From NCBI RefSeq assembly GCF_009914755.1, contig NC_060932.1: a DNA stretch of 64,000 bases, one strand, 5' to 3'. The notes under the pieces are model-generated. The model worked only from the letters and a program-made list of their open reading frames with translations. It was not told the DNA's origin and did no database searches. Origin of the DNA: the human T2T-CHM13v2.0 reference genome, Homo sapiens. Below, in pieces: positions 1 through 15,062 of the stretch (its first letter is position 1; the number at the start of each line of letters is the position of its first letter). The position numbers and the translations under genes were made by a program.

Positions 1-1444
<1,444 letters not shown>

Positions 1445-1446
1445 TT

Positions 1447-2363
1447 AAGAATTTTCAACCCAGAATTTCATATCCAGCCAAACTAAGCTTCATAAGTGAA
1501 GGAGAAATAAAATCCTTTACAGACGAGCAAATGCTGAGAGATTTTGTCACCACCAGACCTGCCTTACAAGAGCTCCTAAAGGAAGTACTAAACATGGAAA
1601 GAAACAACCGGCATCAACCACTGCAAAAACAGGCCAAATTGTAAAGACCATCAATGCTAGGAAGACACTGCATCAATTAATGGGCAAATAACCAGCAAAC
1701 ATCATAATGACAGGATCAAATTCACACATAACAATATTAGCCTTAAATGTAAATGGACTAAATGCCCCAATTAAAAGACACAGATTGGCAAATTGGATAA
1801 AGAATCAAGACCCATCAGTGTGCTATATTCAGGAGACCCATCTCACGTGCAAAGATGCACATAGACTCAAAAAAAAGGGATGCAGGGAGAATTACCAAGC
1901 AAATGGAAAGAAAAAAAAAAGCAGGGGTTGCAATCCTAGTCTCTGAAAAAGCAGGGGTTGCAATCCTAGTCTCTGATAAAACAGACTTTAAACCAACAAA
2001 AATCAAAAGAGGCAAAGAGAGCCATTACATAATGGTAAAGGGATCAATTAATCAAGAAGAGCTAACTATCCTAAATATATATGTACCCAATACAGGAGCT
2101 CCCAGATTCAGAAAGCAAGTCCTTAGAGACCTACAAAGAGACTTAGATTCCCATACAGTAATAAGGGGAGAGTTTAACACCCCACTGTCAATATTAGACA
2201 GATCAATGAGACAGAATGTTAACAAGGATATCCAGGACCAGAACTCAGCTCTGCAACATGCAGACCTAATAGACATCTACAGAACTCTCCACCACAAATC
2301 AACAGAATATACATTCTTCTCAGCACCACATTGTACTTATTCTAAAATTGACCACATAATTGG
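1447..2363 (+). mobile_element. L1PA LINE-1, inverted 5' segment (ORF1 3' end, inter-ORF spacer, ORF2 endonuclease N-terminus)
   Basis: Starts aagaattttcaacccagaatttc (ORF1). ORF2 start MTGSNSHITILALNVNGLN at 1707 continues after a frameshift to YSKIDHIIG at ~2363, followed by non-L1 sequence. Confidence 0.97.
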
Positions 2364-2518
2364 TTTAAGTTTCTTCAAAGCATGTTTCCCCTATTGTTTC
2401 TGCTTGAATTTGAATATGCCAGAATTCCTTAGAGAATTATATAGTTAAGAAAATCCATTAGTGCTCTAAACTTAAAAACAAAAGATGAAAATATAATGTA
2501 TGCTGGCCATATATCCAC

Positions 2519-2557
<39 letters not shown>

Positions 2558-2585
2558 TATATATATACACACACATATATATATG
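2519..2585. repeat. Compound (TA)n(CA)n microsatellite
   Basis: Directly visible alternating TA and CA runs. Confidence 0.95.
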
Positions 2586-2919
2586 TTTCACCTTATCTGT
2601 GATTTTTATTATTTTTGCCTTAATAAAAGACATTGGCATAATATCAATTAATTAGAAATCTTTTCTCCCCATAGGTACTGGATATTTAATCTTCATAAGT
2701 TTAGTTTTCTCCCAGGAATGAAAATAGTGTCTGCTGTGTTTGGTCTTCATGAGGACTAAGTAGATAATGCATCTGATAAGCTTTGTACAATGCTGGAGTT
2801 ATAGTAAACACTTAATGCTCATTTCCTATAAAAAAAATGAAAAAGAATGTGTGTTTGAGACAGAGAGAGGGAGAAAGAGAGAATAGTTTTACTTCTAGAT
2901 ATGTATTCATTTATTCAAT

Positions 2920-3425
2920 ATGTCCACAAAAATATTTGTACAATAATTTATATAATATCATTATTCATAGGAGTCAAAAAATTAAAAACACGCAAATATG
3001 CAAGTGAAAAATGTATTAAGAAGTTATAGTTTATTCAAATAATGAAATATTGCTCAGCAATAACATAGAATTTAAAAATACACAAAAGCATGGAAAAACT
3101 TCAAAAACATATTGAACAGAAGAAGATAGACACACAATCTATATATTTTATGATTCTAGCTATATAAAGTTCAAAAACAGACAAAATTAATAGATGGTGA
3201 TAAAAATTGGAAAGTAGTTGCCTTCTGAGTTGAGGATATTGACTGGAAATATTCAAAAGAAGAGTTTCTGGAATGATGGAAATTGTTTTTACCTGGTTTG
3301 GGATGACAGTCATGTAAGTTGTACAAAACTGTCCAAATTCATCGATCTAAACATTTCAGTGTATGTTAAATTATGCAAATTGAACCAAAATACATAAATA
3401 AATGAACTGTAAAAATCAATAATAA
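2920..3425 (+). mobile_element. Old L1M (L1ME-like) 3' end fragment
   Basis: Recalled L1M 3'UTR-like motifs: aatgaaatattgctcagcaataa, tatataaagttcaaaaacagacaaaattaa, gtttctggaatgatggaaattgtt. Boundaries approximate. Confidence 0.6.
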
Positions 3426-3699
3426 ACAAGCCAAGAATGTATGGGCTATTACAGATATATTTTAAGGTTTCTTTTAAACAGATATGAGAAATCTTGATAG
3501 CTAGAACCTATGGTTACAGGGGCAGTATTGAAACTGTTAGAATAACCCCCACATGGAAATCTTATTGCACACTTTCTTAAGTTAAGAAGAAAAGTGGCAT
3601 ATGATTAAGTAAAAGACAAAAACACAAGAGCTAAATTATTTAATTAATATTAAGTGATCTTTTATATTTTCTATCTTATATGTGATTATTTTTCTATGC

Positions 3700-3995
3700 T
3701 TTTTTTTTTTTTTTTTTTGAGACGGAGCTTGTCATACAGGCTGGAGTGTAACAGCATGATCTCAGCTCACCACAACCTCTGCCTCCTGGGTTCAAGTGAT
3801 TCTCCTGCCTCAGCCTCCTGAGTAGCTGGGATTACAGGCATGTGCCACCACACCTGGCTAATTTTTTGTGTTTTTGGTAGAGACGGGGTTTCTCGGTGTT
3901 GATCAGGCTGGTCTCCAACTCCTGACCTCAGGTGATCCGCCTGCCTCAGCCTCCCAAAGTGCTAGGATTAGAAGTGTGAGCCACCATGTCCAGCC
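3700..3995 (-). mobile_element. AluS SINE
   Basis: Poly-T followed by gagacggag...caggctggagtg...cctcccaaagtgctaggatta...gccaccatgtccagcc, a dimeric Alu in reverse. Confidence 0.97.
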
Positions 3996-5858
3996 CTATA
4001 TATGCATTTATACATTTATTTTAATTTATCAAACTTAAGAGAAAGTAAAAAACACAAATCTAAGCTTTAATTTAGGTTGTTATGAAAAGCATAATTTGAG
4101 TCATCTTAGACCATGTTGTAGTATCATAATGGTTTGAATATTTATAAGTTAGGAAAATGTGTGGTCCTCTCTTTTACACATGATCTTAGCCAAAAGGGCA
4201 TGAAATGATAATTATATACTTTAAAGAGATCTTGAAAAAAACTTTAAGACAATTACAACATATTCTTTTCAAATATGTCCTTGCATATTTCTAAAAATCT
4301 TTAGTCTGCAAGAGCAAGCTCCAGAAAATAAGTAGAAGCTTTTGTGGGGAATGTTAACATAGCTACAATTAGGAGACATCAAAATTGCAGGCATACTCTA
4401 CTTTTAATAAATTCATCATTTTTTCTTATTGCTTGAAGCTGCATTACATGCACATTTTAATTTCACTGTGAATGGAATCTTTGCATAGTCTTGACAACAG
4501 AGAGACAGTCTAGGCTGTCAAGAAAAAAAAACACACAAAAGCTGTTGCTGAGTGTGCAGCAAGCTGTCGTGAGTTTTACATGAAGAGGTCAGGATTTTCT
4601 TGGAGAGTCACTTTCCAAGTATGGCACGCTTACAATAATTAGTATCCTGACTACTCAGAAGATGGTTGTAGACACAGCTGTTGTTTAAGGTAGCAGGCAC
4701 ATCAATGGCAAGGCACTAGGTATTGATTTGTGCAGTGACATCCTTCTAACTATGTCATCTGAGTGAAAGAAGCCCCAAATTAACCAATAATAAAGTGTTA
4801 GAAGTTGTAGTAGCTGCTCTCTTGGGACTTGTTCTAGAAGAGTATAGATGCCATTCCTTCATCTAGGTCATCAATCCTGCTAAAGGACTCACATTGACAT
4901 TAAGTTGACCAATAGGGCAATGTAAAACCTAAAGTAGTGCTGTATTCCATATGTGTCTGTGCATGCCATTTTTATATTCATTTTATCTATGTACTTACAT
5001 AACAGTGTATGTATATCCATATAAAACATAGATATATACCATAATAATATGAAGAATTTTTAATTAATGACAATAATATATAAAACTGTAAGGTATTATA
5101 TAACATCTTTGATAACACTAATTGTAAAAGTAATTTCAAAAACAAAAACCAGGAATTACTATATTTTCACCAGAATTAGAAATGGATAAACTTACTGGCA
5201 AGATTTGTTTTTGCTATTAATTGTTTTAGTTTCTGATTGGATCATATTTTCTATTTTAATATGAGCCTTAGCTCGTATTACATAGTTTGTAAGGAGCTAC
5301 ATAGTGTGTGAGGGGATCACAAATATGCCTGGATTAGATTATGCTAATATCAGCCACCCATATTTAATGGACAGTCAACAAAAAATAATAATTAAATTTG
5401 TTTTTGTCCAAAGGATCCCTTGACCAAGTTAATATTAAAAATGACTTGAAAATGTTTGCATATTGTCTTATTATTTGATATAAACTTACAGAAGATAATT
5501 TTTCTTGCCTTGGTCTGAATTTTTTTGACCCTTTTGAGATTACTCATTAGATAGCATTTTATGTAGCTTTTATGTAGCCAAAATTTAGAGTCCCATCTTA
5601 GCATTTGGCTCGTCCCCTTATCTCACTGATAGGAGGTTTTTCTATAATGGAGTTGATAAAAGCAAAAGCAACTTTAAAAAACAGCTCTCACTTTTTAAAG
5701 ACTAGATTCTAATGTCAACAGAAAGGACATAGGCATCAGCAAACAGGGTTCTATCTTGCAGTGGGCTTCATGGCTTACATCAGAATCTCAACAAAAGCCT
5801 TTGATTTTCTATGGCCTGATGTATGGCTCAGTTTGCTATTAAGGAGGAGAAATCAATC

Positions 5859-6083
5859 AGGCATGTTGGCTCATGCTTGTAGTCCTGGCTTTGAAAGCCT
5901 CAGTTGGGAGGATCATTTGAGGCTAGGAGTTCGAGGTTAGTCTGGGCAACATAGAAAAACCCTCATGTCAACAAAAAAAATTAAAAATTAATTGTGTGTG
6001 GTGGCATGCACCTATAGTCCCAGCCACTTGGGAGGCTGAGACAGGAGGATCACTTGAGTCCAGGAGGTCAAGGCTGCAGTGAC
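5859..6083 (+). mobile_element. AluJ SINE lacking 3' end of right arm
   Basis: ggcatgttggctcatgcttgtagtcc...gggaggatcatttgaggctaggagttc...aggtcaaggctgcagtga, J-type gaggatcacttgag motifs. Confidence 0.9.
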
Positions 6084-6454
6084 AACGTGGGTACCAAAGA
6101 AGAAGAAGAAGAGGAAGCAAATGCTACCACTTTCTTTGATTAAGTTGTTCATAGTTTCTAGGGACATGTATAGTCATTACTGAATGCCCCTGGCTGTTGC
6201 TCAGTACAAACAGACTTACTTTCTCCACTGAACCTTTTCAGGCAAGGAGAGAATGAGGAAGTCAAGTCTTAACTGGATTACAGGCTATGGGAAACATCTT
6301 GTCACTGGTTATTAACTTTTTAGGTTTGATTACTTTCCCAGCAAACATAGCAGTTGAGATTAAATGTTGATCTAACAGTTGTCTCCTATCAGTGAATCTT
6401 GGGTTGTCAGGGATGATTCTTCTTCACTTGTCTTTTTAGACCACTAACTGCCAT

Positions 6455-6780
6455 CCTCTCCCCTACTCTGTACTCTAAGAAACTAGCTTCTGCAAATTCC
6501 TCACTTGGGTTTTCTTGCTCTCCAGACCCTCTGAGTTTGGCCAATGTAAAGCAGAAACAGGAAAGTAGAAGGTAGGACGAGAGAAAGTTCAGGGCATTGC
6601 TTCATTTTTCTCTCATTCTCTTGCTATTTCAGACAATGGCTACCTCCTGTGATAGACACAGTCCTGTGTGGAACCCCGATTTTATGGTTCTATTTTTATT
6701 TCAGTTCCATTGACATCATTCCCTCATCTACATTTTCAAACATGGTGTGGCAAATGGCTGCATGTTGTAGCTCTCTCTCT
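6455..6780. mobile_element. Possible old ERVL LTR fragment (LTR33-like)
   Basis: ccctctgagtttggccaatgtaaagcagaaacaggaaagtagaagg resembles the recalled LTR33 core; highly diverged. Confidence 0.35.
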
Positions 6781-6819
6781 TAAGACAAACCTTTTGGAAC
6801 CTTGAGACAGGCTACTCTC

Positions 6820-7127
6820 AAGTGTCCCATACCATGCTTGAGGGATCATATGATGAAACCACATAAAGATGGGAGGTGGCAGAGGAGCCCTAGCTATTTG
6901 TGTCTTCCCAGGCAGGTGCCAGATGTGTGAGTGAAGAATCCTTTGAGAAGACCCCAACCACAGTCGTCATTAGACTACAACCTCCTGAGAGTCTCCAGCC
7001 AGTCACCCAGCTGAACCGCTCTTGAGTTCCTCACCCAAAGAAATCCGGGTAGGTATTAAATGGTTGTTTTTGTTTTAAGCTACATTGCTTTTGGATAATT
7101 TGTTACACAGCCATAGTAATTGGAATA
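6820..7127 (+). mobile_element. MLT1-family MaLR LTR (3' part)
   Basis: Typical MLT1 end: cacccagctgaacc...ttgttttaagctac...ggataatttgttacacagccatagtaattggaata. Confidence 0.75.
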
Positions 7128-7569
7128 TGAACCAATTACTACAAGGGAAATGGAAGAATCATATGAGATTTCTCAGTTACACTACCACCCATATTAAAAC
7201 CTCCTAAAATGCTTACTAAAACACATTTCTCGATTCCACCTCAGATGTAAGGAACAGCATTGTTTTGGCCTGAAGCTTCTGAAATAAATGCTCTCTCTTA
7301 GATAATTTTTATGCACTATGTTTGACAACTTTTGCTCCCAACTCTCTTAATTTCTTAAATTATATTTATTATTGTTTAAAAACAAATCCCCTGTTTTTAA
7401 TTGGGGGAGATAAGGGAATTGATTGGAAAATACAACACAGTAAGAGAAAAACTACCAAAATATATAGAGAGTCAAAATATGGACATTACATCTAGTTTTT
7501 GTTTAGAACGTACATGAAAGATTTTGTCCACCAAATATTTCAGAATCAGAACTCACACTATCCTTTATA

Positions 7570-7680
7570 TTCTTAGAATTTGTACAGATCTTAAAAGACT
7601 ATTTACTTCCATATTCTTATAGATAAAGAAAAACAATTCTGAGAGGTTAAGCAACTCACTCAAGTTTATACAATGTTTTG
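7570..7680 (-). mobile_element. MIR fragment
   Basis: tatagataaagaaaaacaattctgagaggttaagcaactcactcaag resembles the reverse MIR core. Confidence 0.55.
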
Positions 7681-7731
7681 CTCATATGAGTAAGTGATAA
7701 AAAGTTTAACTTAGTACTAAAAAAATACTCA

Positions 7732-8061
<330 letters not shown>

Positions 8062-10189
8062 ACTCAATTCAAATATTACTTATTTCTCTAAGACAAAACA
8101 ATGAATGATGTATCAATAACCTCTTATTCTTACCGTAGTGTAGTATGAGGGGAAAATTAGTGTGAGTATACATGAACATACATGTAGTAAAACACAGCTT
8201 GCAACTTTTATGAGCTCCCAAGAAAAGATATGTCTTTAATATGTATTTCCAGCTTTTTCTTTCAATTAGAAAGTTCATTCTTCTTCATTTTCCTCCCTCC
8301 CTCCCTTCTTTCTTTCCTCCCCTTCCTTCTTTCTTTTGGTATCTCTGTCCTGCCTCAAGAAGTTTACTTTCTTTTTAGAAAACAAATATAAATGGTTGAA
8401 ATTGAATTTGATTAAACTTAAATTTTGCTATTTAAATGAAGGCATGTAAAAAACACAACAGGGAAAAGGAAAGAAAAACAAACAAACAAAAAAAAACAAA
8501 AAATGAAAATCTCCCAAGGAAGTTAGGGACACAGAAATTCACTGTTGAGCTAAGATTTGGGGATAAGTCATCCAATTGGATGTTTAGAAAAAAAGAGATC
8601 AAAACAGGCAATAGCATCAGCATGTGAAGGGGCACACCATATGGGGAATCACTGTTGGTTTACTAAAGCATAAGGAATCAAATTAATGTAGCAGAAATGT
8701 GAAATGATTAAAATAAAATATTACAAAATGAATATTTGCAATCAGGTATTTCATGATTTTATAATTTATGATAAATCAATGACCTTACCTAACTACTCAA
8801 TTATTAGTTAAATTATGGTTGACAAAAAATGAGAATTATTCGAAGTGAGAAAATAGGAGAATGGCAACAGCTGATAGGGTATAAGTAGGGTAAACGTTAA
8901 AACATTTCTCAAAATATTTGGAGGATTAAATACAAAATAACACAAATAACTCTTTCTCAAATCTTTGTTGCAATGGGGTTGTTAAAGTAACTTTGAAATT
9001 TAGTCATTTTATGACTAACAGACTCAAAAATTAAACTTTATTGACATCGAATATAATTTTCTTCATTGATTTTTATAATACCCTCATAAACATAAAAAGT
9101 ATAACTTACTTAATGTATGGATAAGTAGGAAAAATAAATAGCAAAAGCATATGAATGCAAAACTTAAAGTAACAGAAAAATAATTATTTAAACATGTAAA
9201 ACATTAAATTCTAAAATCTATAAAATGTATCTATGTGAATAATTACAGAAATGTTAATTTTTTATCATTTTGCTTCCTAATGATCTACTTAATAGTGGGA
9301 AAAGTGTAAAACTTAGTTGCTTATAATGAAGCAAAGCCAATATAATTGGCAGAAAACAAATTGAAAGCATAAACTAAAGAACAAATAAAATACTAATATT
9401 AAAAATCAAAAAAAGCTTCTGAATTCACAAAATTATCAAAATACATGGACATTTTAAATGAACAAATATGCTTAAAGCTACATGAGAAAAGGGATTAAAA
9501 CAATATGTGCCATACAAAATGTTACCAATATATAGAAACATCATGCTGGACATAATTATGCTCAGTAACTTTATTGTTTTAGTTAATATTCTTTCATTTC
9601 AACCGATATTGCTTGCACAATTTTAACAAGTTCAGATGGAAGACTGTGGGCTATGCGAATAGAGCCTGAAAAGCTAAGGGTTTATGATTTTTTCCCGTGG
9701 GCATGAGGATGTATTGAAGGTATTCGGATAAGAGGGTTCTATATTTAGATATATTTGGCAGAACACTTGAGTGGCAGGGTATAGACGAGACTAGAAACAG
9801 CAACTCTAGAAATAGGGAAAATGGTTGGAAAATTATTGCAATAATCCAGCAGGCAGATGTGGCCTCAGCAGAGGGCTCTGCCATGGCCTCTGTTGGCAGA
9901 GCAGAGCCAGTAGAGTTAGGGAAGAAGATACTGATAGAGAAATAGTAAAATGACAGAATTGTGTTGTACTAGGTTTGTGCTTAATAAATTCAAGTTAAAT
10001 TGAATTGAGGATTTTTTAGATGGCTCTCTGTCTGTCTCTAGCTCTCTCTCTTCACACATACATATATACATACTCATATTATTACTTTGTTTTGGCCACA
10101 ATCTGCTATGAAGTAGAATAATTAGTTTAGGAAAATGATTCAATTTAGTATATAATGCAGCCTGAAAAACTGAACTTGCAGCTGCGCAG

Positions 10190-10420
10190 AAAGATCATAG
10201 ACTTGAAATTAGTCATATCTAAATTCCAACTTTGACTCTATCATGAGTAGATACTATGAGTTGATACTAAGAGTATGTAATGATGTAATTTAACTTTCTG
10301 GGTCTCAAGCTCCTTATATCAAGAGGACTATTGCTACCTACCTTGCCACAAGGTTGTGATTAAACCACAGGAATTAGCATGTTTAAAGAGCTTAACTCAT
10401 TCCTCAGTTAATGCTAATTC
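10190..10420 (+). mobile_element. MIR fragment
   Basis: tttaactttctgggtctcaagctcc...ctacctaccttgccacaaggttgtgattaaa...catgtttaaagagctt. Confidence 0.5.
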
Positions 10421-10542
10421 TTTGCATTTCTTTCTAACTATGATGCTGTAAATAGTATATTACAAATGTTCAATCATACACAACTCATGAATTTAAGATA
10501 AAATCAATGTACTTATTTTAGTTGGATACATTAAAGACTTCA

Positions 10543-10859
<317 letters not shown>

Positions 10860-11086
10860 AAAGACTTCAGTCAGATTTTTTCTTTTTGTTTTAAAGGTTG
10901 TTTTTTACAAAGCTTTTACAAACCTCCATCCCTGCATTTTGCTGCCCTCATTTGTTTATTCCATATAGCTAATATCATTTGTGATATTTTTAAAAACTTC
11001 AGATATAGTTTTAAGACATACAGAGAGAAGAACAGGTACAATTTGATCCTCAGGAAAAAAAATTTACAAAATTAAAATGCAATCCT

Positions 11087-11225
11087 GCTCACACCTGTAA
11101 TTCCAGCACTTTGGGAGGCTGAGGCATGAGGATCACTTGAGCCCAGGTGTCCACGGTTGCAGTGAGCTATAATTGTGCCACTGTATTCCAGCCTGGGTGA
11201 AAAAAATGAGTCCCTGTCTTAAAAA
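11087..11225 (+). mobile_element. Alu monomer (FAM/FRAM-like)
   Basis: gctcacacctgtaattccagcactttgggaggctgagg...gttgcagtgagctataattgtgccactgtattccagcctggg..ccctgtcttaaaaa; a single arm. Confidence 0.88.
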
Positions 11226-14200
11226 TATATATATAATTAAATGACATCCTTGGTTTGAAAATAAGTAATTTTTGAGGGTTTTATTTATTTTTTAACTTAT
11301 CTTAAAAAACATATAAATATTTCTTATTTAAAATTTTAAATGTGATTTTAAAAATACCATTTATAAAGATAAGTTGATCAAATCAAGATCACACAGCAAT
11401 GTAAATTACTTGGTAATACTAACTTTCTTTGAAAATTTCTTAGAAATATCTCCTCAGCCAAAACATATTTGAATCTCTCTGATATTTGCCTTTGAAATAA
11501 TATCATTAAAATATTTTGAGCAATGTATATTAGAATTAATGTTAGGCAAATATTCAGTCTCAGGGTATATATGTCTGAGACACTGTCATTTACCCTGCAG
11601 TCCTGTTGCAGAATTTTACTGTGTTACCATTTGCCCTCAGATTCTATCTAACAAAGTTTCCTGAAAGCATAAATGTTTTTTCCACAGAACTTAATGGCAA
11701 CTGACATATCTTCAGATTGAGGGTGATATTAGTTGGACCATGACATCAAAAAATATAGGCCATCAGTCTGCAATCTGGAACACTTCTGGAAGAGTTTCCA
11801 GTAGCAGTCCTAACATGGGACAAAATACATAGCCCTTTAGGCGTGTGTACTTTTACACAAGAACCACAGGCAACCCTTGAAAGACTCCATGGATGTTATT
11901 ATGTAAGATCTAGACCTAAAAATATGGGCAAGAAGCCAGACATAGCTGTGCATGGAAAGCTACTAATATCCATACATATTTATTCTTATTTCCTCATAAC
12001 CAGACATTTAAGTGAAAACTGTGTCTTGGATGTACTCTCATTCATCACATTAAAATTTCTTTAATGGCTTTAGGATACAACTTTTCCAGAAAGACTGTCT
12101 CTATAACGTTTGACCCTGTAAGTCTAGACTCCAGGGGTATAAAGCCCGGAGATGTACTTAAGCAGCACTTTGAGCCCAGAGAGACTTGGCATGTTAAACT
12201 AATAAAAGATGACTGTAAAACCATCTGTAAACATGAAGTGCCATATAAATGCTTATTAATAAGCATTTTTCTCCAATTTATATTTATTTTTATTCTAAGA
12301 TGCTTCTTAAAAATACATTATGGTGTATTGTGTATAATGCCTTTCAAACAAATTGTATTCAAGACATTTTAGAGAGTTAAATACATGTCAGTGTGTGGCA
12401 TAAATTATAGAAGGACACTTTGAATGGTAAAAGAATTAGTGCATTCAGTCATAAGGCCAGAGAAAAATGGGTTGTGTAAGCGTCTGGTTTGAAATATCTA
12501 GACTCCCTGGAACCAACACTTCAAATCCCAGCAGGGCAGCTCTGTCCTTCATCCTTCTGAGATAAGAGTCCATTCAGTTTACAGGCTGCTGGTTTTTTGA
12601 ATGATCTCTTGGAAGAGTAGGCATGTCTGCTCTGTGTGAACATTTTACAGAGTCAAGACAAGGGAAAAAAAAAACATTCAAGAGAATTTAACCAGAACTA
12701 AGGAATTATTTTATATGGGCAATATTGTAATGGTAATGAAAGGCTGACTTAGAACACAGCAGGAGTGAAGGCTTGAGAAGTATATTCAAGGTTTGAAAAG
12801 ACAAAAAAGAAATTTGTATCTGATTGGTTGCTACTGCTGACCCCAGAACTGTTTTTAAATATGGGGAAATGGAGTCCAATATAACTGTAGAGTTTATAGC
12901 AGCATAGAATTGACCTACGCTGCATAGTTGGTACTTTGGATTGCCCTATGATTTTTTGTTAAGCATTATTCTGAATCCATTATGAAAAGCATTTGAAATC
13001 TAGGCAAAACTTTCAGGATTTTAAGTGTGAGCAAGAAAAATAGGACCCTCTAATAGAATAAAAAGGACACGAGTCACATTAGAATGTGACTTTTCTAAAC
13101 ATTGGAGCATGGTGCTTTTATGGGGTAACTTTCAAGTTTCCCCAGCCTCCAAAAACCTTAGCAAGTGTCAAGCATGATTTACAAGTAAGTAGAATTCAAA
13201 TAAGCTGATGCAGAGAAGTCTAATCTTTCCCAGGTAATGATTTTTGATGGATTTTTCCCAGATTCTTATTTGGGTTATGAGGATGCTTAGAGTATAAATC
13301 AAAACTCAGGATGGACGCAGTCCCAGGTTGCTCCTTTTCCCCTGGGAGGCACTCCCCAAGTCCTGACAATAAATAAAGAGCTGGGATAATCTAGATGTAT
13401 CTTTAAATTTCACCAGTGGATTAGATCACTAACTGGTGATTGCAATAAACTATTTAAGAAATACTTTTTTTCCCCTTAAAACTAGCATTTGATATTTTAC
13501 TTCTATAAGACACTGCCTTAAATCCACCTCTTAAAGTTTCTACTCTTTCTGAATCTTTGCCTTTTTCAAAGGGCCATATAAGCAATGCTTAGTATGATGA
13601 GGTATCACACAGACAATCTGGAAGGCCTGTCAGTCTTTCCTGGGAGGAGTAAATTCACAGAAATAAAAGAGAAGCATGAGACCAGCATCTGGTCTTTCAT
13701 TAAATAATTCTTCACTATAATGCAGGTATATGTCTGGACAATCTTGAAGCAGTGGAAGTATTTCTATTTATGTGAATAAAGAAGAATCAGATTATCAAGC
13801 CAATGAATACCCCTCTGCCCTTATTTCAAATTTCACCTACCCAATGCTTGTGTTTTTTTCAAAACTCAAGGTCCTCCTCTATCAAATGTTTACCTAATCC
13901 ACCTGTCTGGTTTAGGGCTCTTTCTATGGCTCTAATAGCATTCATGTGTCCCTCTCATCATCCTTCTTATCTTACTTAGCAGTCATTATCAACCTCCCTG
14001 TCTATTTTTCTCCTCTATTTTGTACCCCTTTTGTGCTGTGCACTAAGGATAATATACAGAATATACAACAAAAATATAATATGCAGAATAGTTACTTATT
14101 TTAGGGTGTGATTTTCCTTCTGTCCTTTTGAAATTCAAATGCGTGTATAAAAATGGACACATTTTTAAAGAACTCTCAGTACAAAAAACAGTAACACACA

Positions 14201-15062
14201 TTCAGATTACATTTTAAATAGAATAAACAGATCATGAATATTTATGTGGTTTAGAAAGGCTTGTATGACACAGTCTGTATTGTCGAACCAAATAATTATG
14301 CAAAGATAGTTTCACTTAAAATTACAAATGCCATATTTTAGTTTGTGTTCAACAGTTTTAATGCATATTGATAATGGAAGGAAATAGCTTCTATTTAAAA
14401 ACAATACACTTAAGTTGGAAAAATGCCATAACAGCATATTTTAAAATGTTAAAATGGCTGGAATTCTGTTAGGGTAAGAGCTGACAAAGGTCCAAATGAT
14501 GACTGATGTTTCAGAATAAAGCATAATTGCGTCTTTTGAAGAGACTATACCTCTAAGATTCAGTCCAATCATTCCTTATATTATGGTTTCTACATACCTT
14601 CTGTGTAGCTTATCCAGTTTGACCTGTACATACAACAAAAGTGTATCAGGGACTTTAAACAGAGGTTACTATGGGTTAGGAGCAGAGTAACATATCTCTA
14701 ATAGGAAATCATATGAATGACAATTTATGTTGTTTATCTTTCTTCATGATAGATCATGTAATTAATCTTTTTTTAAAAGAGTGTATGTTCTTAATGTCTA
14801 CATAATATGCATTTGGGCATGCAAAAAGTATGTTACTAGACACACAAAGAGGATAAGGAGGGTACCAGTGAGATAGATGATAATACAAAGCACATCTACA
14901 TATTTTACTAAAATACAGGATGATAAGTAAGATATTAATGTCTTCACATTCTCTCAAGGAAAAAAAATCATGAGCTTAGAAATCAGATAGATGTAGTTTC
15001 AAATTCAATTCTGTGTACTTCCATACATTTTTTAACATCTTTAGACCTCAGTTTCTATGTAG

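Noticed and set aside
8700-9600. A-rich stretch possibly from an ancient LINE (also ~29800-30700)
   Set aside because: Too diverged to assign by eye, so not listed as a feature.
13072-13091. 9-bp perfect hairpin agtcacatt-ag-aatgtgact (similar one at 52948-52966)
   Set aside because: Stems this short are expected by chance in 64 kb of AT-rich DNA.
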